Source: Desulfurococcales archaeon
GTDB lineage: Archaea; Thermoproteota; Thermoprotei_A; Sulfolobales; WANQ01
DNA length: 64,000 nucleotides
Direction: 5' to 3'
Assembly: GCA_027030065.1 (NCBI GenBank)
Contig: JALVFK010000109.1
Span: forward strand, 13,572 to 77,571
Part shown: positions 1 through 9,609 of the stretch, piece by piece
Layout of the letters: each line of letters begins with the position of its first letter
Position numbering within the stretch: the first letter of the stretch is position 1
The notes under the pieces: model-generated
Databases searched by the model: none
The model's input: only the letters and a program-made list of their open reading frames with translations
What the model was told of the DNA's origin: nothing
Translations under genes and position numbers: made by a program

Positions 1-285
1 TACGTATTATCTACACAACTCCTTGGAAAATCCTCAGATCTCTCATTAAACTTAATCAACAATACATTAGAAAACATTAACCGTAACATAGAGGAGATAA
101 ACCAGGTCATAAGAGAACTATCAACAATTTCTCCGCCAGTAAACAATACTCGAGACTATGAGAAATTACTAGAAGACCTAACAGACTTAAAGGCATGCCT
201 AATGCTGATGAGGAATACATTGGAGAACGGGATAAGTGATTTCAACCAGGTATCACAGGTACTGAATGCATGTTCTAGAGAGTAG
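1..285 (+). CDS. 3' end of an ORF entering from upstream (hypothetical, Asn/Leu-rich helical tail)
   Basis: Frame +1 is open from base 1 to TAG at 283-285 (...NTLENGISDFNQVSQVLNACSRE*). It is absent from the ORF track because no start lies in the window. No recognisable motif. Confidence 0.4.
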   Translation, partial: YVLSTQLLGKSSDLSLNLINNTLENINRNIEEINQVIRELSTISPPVNNTRDYEKLLEDLTDLKACLMLMRNTLENGISDFNQVSQVLNACSRE

Positions 286-348
286 TCTTTTATACAATAC
301 CTATTTTATACTCTAAGACTAGATAGGATATAAGACAATACTAGGTGA

Positions 349-1023
349 ATGTTTTTGAAATGGGATGTTTCACAGAGGCCAAGCTATTCTTTACTAAAAG
401 TCTACTTGGATCCAGGTGAAAGTGTTACAGCTGAACCCGGAGCAATGGTAATGTACCGTGGAAACGTTCAAGTAAAAACTCATACTGGTGGCGGCTTATT
501 TAAGGGTATAACAAGAGCCTTACTCGGCGGTGAAAGTGTTTTCGTGAACACCTTTATAGCTGGAAGCGGCGGTGGCGAGGTATGGTTTGCGCCAAGCCTA
601 CCCGGCGATATACAATACCATGAGCTCCGTGGAGAAGAACTAATAATCCAGGATACAAGCTATCTAGCTAACCACGGGAACATAGACTTAGGTGTTGCGT
701 GGAGAGGGTTTAGAGGACTATTAGCTGAGGGAGAGCTCTTCTGGCTTAAAGCGAAAGGCTATGGTGGGGTATGGATTAGCGCTTATGGTGGTATAGAGAG
801 AATAGACCTAGGGCCCGGGGAATCCATGATACTAGACAACTTCCACTTCGTCGCAATGACAAGTAGTCTTCAATGGCGTGTTAGAAAGTTTGGCGGCTTA
901 AAGAGCTTCCTATTGGGCGGTGAGGGAATAGTAATAGAGTTGACTGGGCCTGGAACAGTATATGTTCAGACTAGAGCCCTACCACCCTTCGTTGGACTAA
1001 TATCAAAATACATTAAAAAGTAG
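349..1023 (+). CDS. AIM24/DUF124 (TIGR00266-like) family protein
   Basis: 224-aa ORF. 'LDPGESVTAEPGAMVMYRGNVQVKT' and Gly-rich 'ALLGGESVFVNTF' strands resemble the DUF124/AIM24 family (recalled from memory). Confidence 0.65.
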   Translation: MFLKWDVSQRPSYSLLKVYLDPGESVTAEPGAMVMYRGNVQVKTHTGGGLFKGITRALLGGESVFVNTFIAGSGGGEVWFAPSLPGDIQYHELRGEELIIQDTSYLANHGNIDLGVAWRGFRGLLAEGELFWLKAKGYGGVWISAYGGIERIDLGPGESMILDNFHFVAMTSSLQWRVRKFGGLKSFLLGGEGIVIELTGPGTVYVQTRALPPFVGLISKYIKK

Positions 1024-1121
1024 TAGAGGAAAACAATTTTTCTTGAATAGTCTTGAGAGGCCATAGTATAATAACTTCTTTTTCCCAACTATTATCATAG
1101 GCTTCCAGAGGCTGAATAAAG

Positions 1122-1745
1122 TTGACGTATAGCATTGTTGCATTAGACTTCGAGTCCAAGCTTATAGGTGTAGGTGTTGCTAGTGGTAGCGTAGCTGTTG
1201 GTTCCCGTGTACCGTGGGCAAGAGCTGGTGTTGGCGGAGTAGCTACCCAGGCATATACTAATCCTATGATAGGTGTATGGGTTCTAAGGTTCCTTGAGGA
1301 AGGATACAATGCTGGTGAAGCACTATTTAGAGCACTAGCTATGGATTCTTCTCCCTCTATGAGGCAGGTAGCAGTAGTTAGCGCTAAGGGTGATGTAGCG
1401 ACACATACAGGTAATAATGTTCCAAGACATTATGCTGAATACCGAGGCCATGGATACGCATGTGTGGGTAATATGCTTGTATCGAAGAGGGTTGTTGAGG
1501 AAATGTGTAAAGTATTCAATGAGTCTAAGGGGAGTCTTGCAGAACGTCTCCTCCAAGCACTCGAAGCTGGCCATAGAGAGGGAGGAGATATACGTGGAGA
1601 TCATAGTGCTGCGATCTTAGTTGTCGGCGAACACCCTATTTATGGTAAAGACTATGATAGAATTATTGACTTACGCGTAGATTATTCCACGAATCCTATT
1701 GAAGAGTTAAAAGAATTGTACTGGCTTTGGATCAAGAGTAGGTAA
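1122..1745 (+). CDS. DUF1028 family (Ntn-hydrolase fold) protein
   Basis: TTG start. The N-terminus MTYSIVA places a Thr directly after Met, and 'GGVATQAYTNP' is typical of DUF1028. Confidence 0.65.
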   Translation: MTYSIVALDFESKLIGVGVASGSVAVGSRVPWARAGVGGVATQAYTNPMIGVWVLRFLEEGYNAGEALFRALAMDSSPSMRQVAVVSAKGDVATHTGNNVPRHYAEYRGHGYACVGNMLVSKRVVEEMCKVFNESKGSLAERLLQALEAGHREGGDIRGDHSAAILVVGEHPIYGKDYDRIIDLRVDYSTNPIEELKELYWLWIKSR

Positions 1746-1793
1746 AGATATTGGAGGATTCAAAATATCGTGTTAGTTTCCTTTCCTCTATCC

Positions 1794-3659
1794 TTATGCT
1801 TCTACTTCTTTGCGCTTCTTTTCCTCTTTCTTCCTAGCCACCTCTATCTTTAGTCTAGCTGTTCTTGCTAACTCTCTTAGTATATCATTCTTACATACGA
1901 TGCCTTGCAGTCTTCCCTCAGAGTCTACTACTGGTATACCGTCTACATTATACTTCTTCATTAATTCTATTGCTTTCACGACATCGTCGCGGTTATTGAC
2001 TGTTACTTTTAATGGTACTGTTACATCTATTGCTACTAGTGGTAGAACCTTAACATATCTTCCAAGTCTTGCTGCTCCCTTCACTAGTTTCCTAACCCAG
2101 ATCAGTTTCCTCGTCTTTATACCAGTTGTTGCGTCTTCGTAGGCTACGAAGGGTAGTCTATTCGCTGATACTACTCCCCTGATCTCGCCATCGTATACTG
2201 CTAGTGCGTCTAAGAGGAAGGTCTGCATCTTCCTTATAACATGGTGTAGGCTGTGGTGTGGGTGGACTACTCCTATTCTTCCAGGCGTCATAATGTTTTC
2301 TACTAGTGCTCTACCAGCCTGGGTTCTAGCGTAGGCTTCTACTATTACGTCCTTGGTTATATATCCTATTATTGCACCCTCCTCATCTACTACGAAGGCT
2401 ACTTCCGCCCCCTTATTGAGCATCTCGTAGGCTACTTGCTCTATGGGAGTATCGGGTTTCACTTTTGGCACTTCTTTCACAAGTATGTAGTCTATGAAGA
2501 AGCGGTCGTAGACTCTTCTACGCCATATGGGCCCCTCTGTTGCTATTGCTTTAAGCATGCTCCACTTCGACACGTAGCCTACGATTTCTCCCTTCTCGTC
2601 TAATACTATCAGATAGTTTGTTCTCCTCCGTAGCATTTCTTTTCTAGCATGCTCTATTGTATCTGTTATCCTTATAGCTGGCATTTCCTCTAAGGCTATC
2701 TCGCTCGCTCTGACACCCATGTATTCTTCTACTACTGGTTTAGTAACAGCAACTTGTTCTAGGGCTCTCTCTGATGTGATGTATGTTATACGTTCTCCAG
2801 CTTCCACCGGTTTTGGTAGTCTTACTACTGTTACTGGTACTCTGCCTGGCTTTGCTCCTTCTAAGTAGGCTCTTGCTATGTCTGCTTGTGTTACAACTCC
2901 TATAACATGTCCTTTCTCGTCTACTACTGGGAGGAGTGTGAAGTCATGTTTAATCATTATGTCGGCTACAACGTCTACGGGGGTATCTGGTGTTGCTACT
3001 ATTACTCCTCTCGTCATAACTCTCTTAATCTTCGCTGGACTAACTATGTGGGCCTCACTTTCTCGGTGGAAGAACCATCTCCCAGAGTCTACGAAGTCTT
3101 TAGGTGTAGCAATACCTACGGGTATTGGCTCTTCTTTGCTACGGACAACTATTACTGCTGGTAATGCCTTGTAGACGAACTTGCTCCACACACGGTTTAC
3201 TCTTTCATCGGGTGTGACGAGCATTTCTTCTAGTCCTTCCTTCGTCATTACTTCTGCTACGCTCTCAGCCTTCGGTGCTATACCCTGATCTCTCAATGCT
3301 TTTATTATGTCTCTCATAGTTACTACTGCTTCAACTCTCTCCTCTTGTAGATTATTTACTACCGGCGCACCCCATACTTTTTCTTCAACCATTTTCTCGT
3401 AGGCTTCACGTATATCCATGTCTCTTACGAGTACTGGTTTATCTCTAACAACTTCTCCAACAGTCATATTACTCTTCTGGCTTGTAACCATGATTGCTTC
3501 TATCCATGTAAGGTATCCTACTAGTCTATTATTACGAGTGTCTTTTACAACAGGTATTACTCTCTCCCCACTCTCCCGGAAAAGGCTTCTAGCATATGTT
3601 AGGAGTGCTCTTTTCGTTAACACGTACTTGGGCTTACGGGCTATCTCCCATAGCCTCAT
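1794..3659 (-). CDS. multi-CBS-domain protein (about 8 CBS repeats, no other domain seen)
   Basis: 621 aa. A '...G(I/V)(V/I)(T/S)..D(I/L)...' CBS strand-helix signature recurs about every 60-75 aa (VVTMRDIIKAL, GVVTQADIARAY, GYITKDVIVEAY, GIVCKNDILREL and others). Confidence 0.85.
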   Translation of the reverse strand: MRLWEIARKPKYVLTKRALLTYARSLFRESGERVIPVVKDTRNNRLVGYLTWIEAIMVTSQKSNMTVGEVVRDKPVLVRDMDIREAYEKMVEEKVWGAPVVNNLQEERVEAVVTMRDIIKALRDQGIAPKAESVAEVMTKEGLEEMLVTPDERVNRVWSKFVYKALPAVIVVRSKEEPIPVGIATPKDFVDSGRWFFHRESEAHIVSPAKIKRVMTRGVIVATPDTPVDVVADIMIKHDFTLLPVVDEKGHVIGVVTQADIARAYLEGAKPGRVPVTVVRLPKPVEAGERITYITSERALEQVAVTKPVVEEYMGVRASEIALEEMPAIRITDTIEHARKEMLRRRTNYLIVLDEKGEIVGYVSKWSMLKAIATEGPIWRRRVYDRFFIDYILVKEVPKVKPDTPIEQVAYEMLNKGAEVAFVVDEEGAIIGYITKDVIVEAYARTQAGRALVENIMTPGRIGVVHPHHSLHHVIRKMQTFLLDALAVYDGEIRGVVSANRLPFVAYEDATTGIKTRKLIWVRKLVKGAARLGRYVKVLPLVAIDVTVPLKVTVNNRDDVVKAIELMKKYNVDGIPVVDSEGRLQGIVCKNDILRELARTARLKIEVARKKEEKKRKEVEA

Positions 3660-3751
3660 CTAATATCACCAACCACTAGAAGTTTTGAAGGCTAGGATAA
3701 AAATACTACGATAAAAGAGTATATTGACATGTTCTACATAAACAATATATT

Positions 3752-5917
3752 TTAGAGCTTATACCCGCGTTTCCTTAAATATTCTTCAGCGTTCCTATAT
3801 ATTTCTTCAACTAGTTTTTCACCGAAACCGTGTAGTGATAATAAGATCTTCTTTGGTGTTACAACTAGTTGTTCGGGCGTTCTTACCCCTATTTCTGCTA
3901 GTTGTCTCGCTCTTACCCTTCCTATTCCTTTTATTTCTACTAATTCGAGTAAATCCTCTTTTACACCATGTTCTATTCTCTTGCTTAGCTTCCTATATGC
4001 TTCACCGTGAACTTGTAAGCCTGCTACATCTAGTATTCTCGCTAAAGCACTAGTTATCCAAGCCATAGTCTCCTTCATATTATAGAGGTCTCCCGAGCCA
4101 ATGTTGTAACGGTATGTTATGTAGTCTTCGTGTTTTTCTTCAATCCAGTCTCGTAGAATCCTCATAGCCTTATATGCTTGAAGCCATACCTCTTCAGCCT
4201 CGTACTCGTCTGGAGGTTTAGGTATAACTCCTTTACCAACATCCTCATATGCATCGTATTCGAGTTCTTCATCACTCTTGGAGAAATATGGGCGGCTTCT
4301 AGCATAGTCGGGTGTCATTGCCGCTAAGTGGAGATAGTATTCTTCGGGGAGCTTCTTATCCTTCTTTAATGATAGGTCTAGTATGACTATACGAGCAGAC
4401 CATGGGTCAAGATATGTTGTGGTAACGGTTTTGCCTAGAAGAGTTGGTTTCAGCTCCCCCCTCTTCTCAGAGATCATCTTCCACTCTACAAGATCGTCTA
4501 CAACCATGTTAACAGTATTTTCGAGCACCCTATACGACTGGAACCCTTGTTGCTTATAATATAGTGTTTGTGAGAAAACACCAACAACCTCGCTTACAGT
4601 TGATGCTTCTCCACTCGCTATAAGTGCTAGTGTATAAATTCTTAGAGCACGCTCATTGTTTAGAGCAGACATTATGGGTTCTGGAGCCCGGTTAATATAG
4701 CGTGTAAAGGCCTCCTTAGCCTTATACTCATCTACTATTATTGCTTCACCCAAATCATCATATTGTGGTCTCCCAGCCCTACCAGCCATCTGCTTGTACT
4801 CTAATATCTTGATACGAGTAGTCCTCTTAAGCCGGGGCTCATATCTTCTAATTGATACAAGTACTCTTCTCGCAGGCAAGTTGACTCCAGCTGCTAGTGT
4901 TGGTGTAGCGTAGAGAGCCTTCAATAGCCTCTGGCGAAAGGCCTCCTCTATTAGCCGTCTAGCCCTATGAGACAAGCCCGCGTGGTGGAAGGCTACTCCT
5001 TTCTCAACGAGTGGTTTAAGCTTCTCCGCCTCATGCCTTGACGATAGCTCGTCTCCTATTCTCTCAGACAATAGTTTAAGCTTCAACTTTTCCTCGTTGC
5101 TTAAGTAGCGGTATAAGTGTTCGCCAGTACGTTCGGCATATCGTTCTACGTACCGCCGGTTATGGATGAAGGCTAGTACTTGTAAGCCTTTAACCACACT
5201 TGTTAAAACTATGTCCATAAACCCGTTACCAGTGAATAATCTCACCTCCTCTACTCTTCCGTCAGCAAAGTATATCTTGTAGCCTCGCTTATCGAATGCT
5301 CCTTCAACTAATTTTACGGGTCTCCAAGTGGATACTACTAGCTTAGCCTTCAACCATTCTGCTAGTTCTCCGGGATTACCTATAGTTGCCGATAAACCTA
5401 TTATCTGATAATCTCTTCGGAGACACCGCGCAGCTATCATTTCTATTATTGGCCCACGCTCACCATCGCCTATATAGTGGAGTTCGTCTATAACAATAGT
5501 CCCGACACGGTTAAGCCATTGGGGTTTTTGGCGGAGAATACTATCAAGTTTCTCATAGGTTGTAACAACTATATCATATACTCCGAGTTCCTCACCCGAA
5601 GACTCGTAGTCACCCGTACTAATACCTATTCTTAACCCGAGTCTACTCCAATCTCTTAGCTCATTATACTTCTCCGAGGCTAGAGCTTTGAGTGGGAGAG
5701 TGTATATGCCCTTATAGCCTCTTAGAGCACTGGTAACGAGTGCTAGTTCAGCTATTAGTGTCTTGCCGCTAGCAGTTGGTGCTGCTACAACAACGTTTTC
5801 CCCTTCGAGGACGCCAGCCTTAACGGCTAGGGTTTGCGGTGGTGTTAGCTTAGATATACCCCGAGATCTTAATACTTCTTTTATTTTCTCCAGTACGTCT
5901 AGGTCTTCAATACTCAT
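3752..5917 (-). CDS. hel308: Hel308/Hjm-type Ski2-like DNA helicase
   Basis: Walker A 'AAPTASGKT', 'IDELHYIG' DExH box, 'MAGRAGR' motif VI and a C-terminal helix-hairpin-helix 'IKGIGRVRARQL'. The ORF track starts at 5977. ATG at 5917 (MSIEDLDVLEKI...) gives the usual N-terminus. Confidence 0.9.
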   Translation of the reverse strand: MSIEDLDVLEKIKEVLRSRGISKLTPPQTLAVKAGVLEGENVVVAAPTASGKTLIAELALVTSALRGYKGIYTLPLKALASEKYNELRDWSRLGLRIGISTGDYESSGEELGVYDIVVTTYEKLDSILRQKPQWLNRVGTIVIDELHYIGDGERGPIIEMIAARCLRRDYQIIGLSATIGNPGELAEWLKAKLVVSTWRPVKLVEGAFDKRGYKIYFADGRVEEVRLFTGNGFMDIVLTSVVKGLQVLAFIHNRRYVERYAERTGEHLYRYLSNEEKLKLKLLSERIGDELSSRHEAEKLKPLVEKGVAFHHAGLSHRARRLIEEAFRQRLLKALYATPTLAAGVNLPARRVLVSIRRYEPRLKRTTRIKILEYKQMAGRAGRPQYDDLGEAIIVDEYKAKEAFTRYINRAPEPIMSALNNERALRIYTLALIASGEASTVSEVVGVFSQTLYYKQQGFQSYRVLENTVNMVVDDLVEWKMISEKRGELKPTLLGKTVTTTYLDPWSARIVILDLSLKKDKKLPEEYYLHLAAMTPDYARSRPYFSKSDEELEYDAYEDVGKGVIPKPPDEYEAEEVWLQAYKAMRILRDWIEEKHEDYITYRYNIGSGDLYNMKETMAWITSALARILDVAGLQVHGEAYRKLSKRIEHGVKEDLLELVEIKGIGRVRARQLAEIGVRTPEQLVVTPKKILLSLHGFGEKLVEEIYRNAEEYLRKRGYKL

Positions 5918-6090
5918 GGTTACGTTATCGAATAGTGATCCCAAACACGTCACCAGGTATTTGTTAGCATTGAACACTGTTGCCGTGGGAGCCTATAGGT
6001 ATATGTTGTATAGGCCTGGATATAAAAGAGAGAGGAGGGTGAAAGTAATAGTCCAAGCTGGCTAGAGGTAAGGGCTTTATAGTCTAGGCT

Positions 6091-6837
6091 TTGATTGTAG
6101 AACTAGGTGTCTCTATGGGTTATGTTTCCCCACGTGCTAGGTTTCTCGGGAAGATAATATTGTCTGATAGCGCAATAGTCTATGGTTCAACTGTTATAGG
6201 CGGAAACTCAATTATTGGGGACTACGTGGTTTTAGGGTTTCCCCGTAGACATGGACTCAAGAGCTTGAAAAATATCTTCTCAACTACGAAGAACATATAT
6301 GAGCAATATGATAGTATAAGTAGTGGTGTAATTATAGGCGAAAACGTTGTCATAAGACCCTTCACAGTTGTATACGAGGGTTCACGTATAGAGGATAATG
6401 TTGAGACAGGACATTTCGTATTGATACGAGAGGAGGTAGAAGTAGGTGAAGGCTCTCTCATTGGCACGAATACCATCGTTGACGGATATGTTAGGATTGG
6501 GAGAAGCGTTAGAATAGAAAGTGGCGTATACATCCCGCCTAAAACCATCATAGAAGACAATGTCTTCCTAGGCCCCCATGCAACTATAACCAATGACAAA
6601 TACCCTGTTAGTAAGAGACTTGTAGGAGTAACTATAAGACGTGGAGCAGTTATAGGAGCTAACTCAACCCTCATAGCTGGAGTAGAGATTGGAGAAGAAG
6701 CAGTCGTTGCAGCAGGATCTGTTGTAACTAGAAACGTGCCCCCCAGAACAGTTGTTGCAGGAGTACCAGCAAAACCTATTGCCTCTAGAAAAGAATATGA
6801 TGAGAAAAAGAAAACCTATGAGAGTGCAGAGTCATAG
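6091..6837 (+). CDS. hexapeptide-repeat (left-handed beta-helix) acyl/acetyltransferase
   Basis: Repeated [LIV]-G-x4 hexapeptides throughout (e.g. 'GAVIGANSTLIAGVEIGEEAVVAAGSVV'). TTG start at 6091, with an alternative ATG at 6115. Confidence 0.75.
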   Translation: MIVELGVSMGYVSPRARFLGKIILSDSAIVYGSTVIGGNSIIGDYVVLGFPRRHGLKSLKNIFSTTKNIYEQYDSISSGVIIGENVVIRPFTVVYEGSRIEDNVETGHFVLIREEVEVGEGSLIGTNTIVDGYVRIGRSVRIESGVYIPPKTIIEDNVFLGPHATITNDKYPVSKRLVGVTIRRGAVIGANSTLIAGVEIGEEAVVAAGSVVTRNVPPRTVVAGVPAKPIASRKEYDEKKKTYESAES

Positions 6838-7386
6838 CTTACCCGTAACGTATTCTATAAGGCCTGCATGATAGGTTTCTTCAACACTTATCTCCTCCAA
6901 TATTATTCTCCAACCCCTAGCACCCGGTAGTCTACGGGAAACCATTTTTAGATTAGAGCTAATGAGCTGAGATAATAGTTTCACATGGTATTCTTCTCCA
7001 ACAGCTCTCTCAAGGCCAGCACACTCGGATAAAATCTCCCTCACATCACCTATAGATAATTCCTCTCTTTCAGCTTTCTCCAAGAACCCGTCTAGCACTG
7101 TTAAGAACTTGTTTCCCTCACACCTATTCCTATCAACACCCAAGGTTTTAGCGAGGAATGAGAAGAATTCAGCATGATTTCTACTTTCTCGAGCTACATG
7201 TAAGAGTATCTCAGCTAGAGTAGAAGGTAGCTTCAATGATAATCGCTCATAGAGTTCTGCTATCTTCCCCTCAAACAATATACTACAACTAATACTGTAT
7301 CCCAGTAAATCCGTCTCCCGACCACTAATACTCCTATTACTCCTACTAGCTATGCTATGATAGGTTAGAATCACTAATTCACCCAT
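6832..7386 (-). CDS. hypothetical, possibly ferritin-like/rubrerythrin-like four-helix protein
   Basis: 184 aa, helical, with several E...ExxH-type motifs (ESRNHAEF, GEEYHV, VEETYHAG). Family not recognised with certainty. Confidence 0.4.
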   Translation of the reverse strand: MGELVILTYHSIASRSNRSISGRETDLLGYSISCSILFEGKIAELYERLSLKLPSTLAEILLHVARESRNHAEFFSFLAKTLGVDRNRCEGNKFLTVLDGFLEKAEREELSIGDVREILSECAGLERAVGEEYHVKLLSQLISSNLKMVSRRLPGARGWRIILEEISVEETYHAGLIEYVTGKL

Positions 7387-7553
7387 AGCTATTATTCTAT
7401 TAAGACTCTAATACTACTTACCGTAATCTCGGAGAAAACTCGTTGACCCAGCATATTTTTAACCCACAAAAATCTGGGATCACTAAGACTATCATTGACT
7501 TATTTATCTGAAATAAGCTATTCTATCAAATAGCGGTAGAGGTAAGTAGAGCC

Positions 7554-8300
7554 TTGGAGAAAACCTTGGATACACCACTACTCTACTATATCGTTAGCCT
7601 TGTAGGAGGACTAGGATTATTAGCTGTTAGCGGTAGACTCGTGGTAGACCCGGCAAGCTATGGTATTCCCAACCTTCCAGTAATCTTACCGTCTATTCTA
7701 GCACTAATAGTCTACGAGCTACTAGTACTACCCTGGCTCTTTAAAACCAAGACAAGCTATGGGGCAATTAGAGCACCAATAGTACTATTGCTTATCCTAA
7801 CATTAGTATATGGAGCGGAAATCCAACCACTACTACTCATACTGGGAGCTACCATATTGTTCATTGAAACAAAAATACTATTAGACATAGCAGCAATTCG
7901 AAGACAAGTGCTCTATAGCCTCGCTGGCATTTTTAGAGGTCTTGCTGGTTTCATGGCAATAGTCTATAGTATATCCATAATACAGCCTACACTAGAAAAT
8001 TCTATCATAACGATAACCCAGCTAATCTTAGCCCTATTACCCTTCATAATACTTGGAGCCTATATGGGGATAACTATACACTTGCTCACAATGACGAGAG
8101 ACCCATTAAAACTAGGAGCAATCCTAGCCCCATTAACCCTACTAACAGTACTACTAACAATAATAACCTACATATACACTCAGCCAGCTCTAGCAAACCC
8201 AAATATAGCACTGGAAACCTATGGAAACATGACTCGAGCAATAAGTCTACTAGCGCCGATAACCATAACAGTACAAACACTACTAGAAAAGGAGTCATAA
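7554..8300 (+). CDS. polytopic membrane protein, unknown function
   Basis: 248 aa, about 7 hydrophobic helices, TTG start. No catalytic motif seen. Confidence 0.55.
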   Translation: MEKTLDTPLLYYIVSLVGGLGLLAVSGRLVVDPASYGIPNLPVILPSILALIVYELLVLPWLFKTKTSYGAIRAPIVLLLILTLVYGAEIQPLLLILGATILFIETKILLDIAAIRRQVLYSLAGIFRGLAGFMAIVYSISIIQPTLENSIITITQLILALLPFIILGAYMGITIHLLTMTRDPLKLGAILAPLTLLTVLLTIITYIYTQPALANPNIALETYGNMTRAISLLAPITITVQTLLEKES

Positions 8301-8311
8301 CACATTACGTT

Positions 8312-8764
8312 TTAACGTACACCATAGATCTCTACATAGAATAGCTCAGCACCAGAATCGGTTACGAGGTATGCTTCAATATAACCTCTAGCAATATCCT
8401 GGTCATCAATATATATGTTATAGGATGATACATCAAGCTCTATACGCTTAGCTTCGTTAGGATCAAATACAATGTTTACTGGAATAGTTGCATTCTTAAT
8501 CTTAATAGAGTAAACGGTTACAGGCTTATCATTAGGATTCTTAAAACCGCCAGTAATCTCAAGAAGCTTCCTAGTAGTCTCATTGTATAGTCCGTGAGGC
8601 ATAATAATAGATACTAAGTGATACTGTTGAGACCTAACAACACCAAAACTCACACCAGAAGCCATGAAGACAGCTATCAACAATATGGTTATCGCTAACA
8701 ATATCATGAATATAATACCAATAGTACTCATAACACCCTTCCTATTTCTCAAGGAGACCCTCAT
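8312..8764 (-). CDS. archaeal type IV pilin-like protein (class III signal peptide)
   Basis: The N-terminus MRVSLRNRKG|VMSTIGIIFMILLAITILLIAVF has a basic n-region, Lys-Gly, then a ~20-aa hydrophobic helix. It is a paralogue of the ORF at 8887-9363 (shared VRSQ/VKSQ, NPND/NPSD and RGYIE/RGYID blocks). Confidence 0.7.
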   Translation of the reverse strand: MRVSLRNRKGVMSTIGIIFMILLAITILLIAVFMASGVSFGVVRSQQYHLVSIIMPHGLYNETTRKLLEITGGFKNPNDKPVTVYSIKIKNATIPVNIVFDPNEAKRIELDVSSYNIYIDDQDIARGYIEAYLVTDSGAELFYVEIYGVR

Positions 8765-8830
8765 ATACTTCCCTCAAAGAGTTATCTAATACTACTCATA
8801 GATAAAAATGCAGAAGTATTTAAGACTAAC

Positions 8831-8857
8831 TAAAAATTAAGGATATTTTGTAAAAAA
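8831..8857 (-). terminator. oligo-T tracts downstream of the 158-aa pilin gene
   Basis: On the minus strand, T6 (8852-8857) and T5 (8832-8836) lie within 55 nt after the stop at 8887. Archaeal termination typically occurs at oligo-T. Confidence 0.3.
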
Positions 8858-8886
8858 GTTAATAGATTAATAAACCACGTATTATG

Positions 8887-9363
8887 TTAGCCTACTCCTA
8901 TTAGCTGTGCTGATGTTGATATTGTACCGGTTGTTGTTACTAATACTATGTCAATATATCCTCTGTATACATCATCCCACGTGACCGCTAAGGTATCTAA
9001 CGCTGGGTTAGTATTTCCTGCGTCAAGAGTTATCTCAGCCGTCTTCTTGGGTGCAACAACTGCTAGTGGATCACCCGTAGCGTTTTCAACTTTTGTGCCA
9101 GCAACGATTATAGCTGTAACATTTATCTCAGTGTCTGATGGGTTGTTTACTCTAAGGCTTAGAGATGTTAGCTTAAGACTGGTTTTATTGTAGAATGCTG
9201 CTGGTGTACCAACTATGTTTAGCTGGGCGCTCTGGCTCTTTACTGCTGATGTCGATATGTTGAAGGCTATGAATACTGCTAGGATTACTAGTATTATTGC
9301 TAGTAGCACTCCGAATATTACACCAAGGGGTGCAGATATACCTTTACGGACTTTCTTGGCCAT
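8887..9363 (-). CDS. archaeal type IV pilin-like protein (class III signal peptide), candidate major subunit
   Basis: The N-terminus is MAKKVRKG|ISAPLGVIFGVLLAIILVILAVFIAF. The gene has its own TATA-like element and a GGGTGG SD upstream, and oligo-T downstream. Confidence 0.75.
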   Translation of the reverse strand: MAKKVRKGISAPLGVIFGVLLAIILVILAVFIAFNISTSAVKSQSAQLNIVGTPAAFYNKTSLKLTSLSLRVNNPSDTEINVTAIIVAGTKVENATGDPLAVVAPKKTAEITLDAGNTNPALDTLAVTWDDVYRGYIDIVLVTTTGTISTSAQLIGVG

Positions 9364-9407
9364 AGCTTTCCCACCCTTTGAGGGTCATTTATCACTTAAA
9401 CTTAGGA

Positions 9408-9415
9408 GTATATAA
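9408..9415 (-). promoter_or_regulatory. TATA-like element upstream of the pilin gene
   Basis: The minus strand reads TTATATAC about 49 nt upstream of ATG 9363. An SD-like GGGTGG (9371-9376, minus strand) lies 8 nt before the ATG. Confidence 0.3.
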
Positions 9416-9609
9416 GTATATCTCTGTAGAAATCTGTATAATCGTAATTCTATAACTATATAATTTAGATAAAACATATGCTCTAATACGATTAGCTTAA
9501 GTAAGAGTAAGATCTTATATTTTAAATAGATATAAGAGAAAAATACCTTGTACAAAGATAATACTAAAAATAAAAAATATAATAATCATTTGATTATTTT
9601 TCAGTCCTA

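Noticed and set aside
7499-7517. CTTATTT-ATCTG-AAATAAG hairpin in the 7387-7553 intergenic region
   Set aside because: It is a pure A/T 7-bp stem in AT-rich DNA, so the chance expectation is high and there is no supporting context.
7554-8300. Possible prepilin peptidase (PibD/FlaK) adjacent to the pilin genes
   Set aside because: It is a polytopic membrane protein in the right neighbourhood. However, I could not find the paired Asp or GxGD-type motif of A24/FlaK peptidases, so no such call is made.
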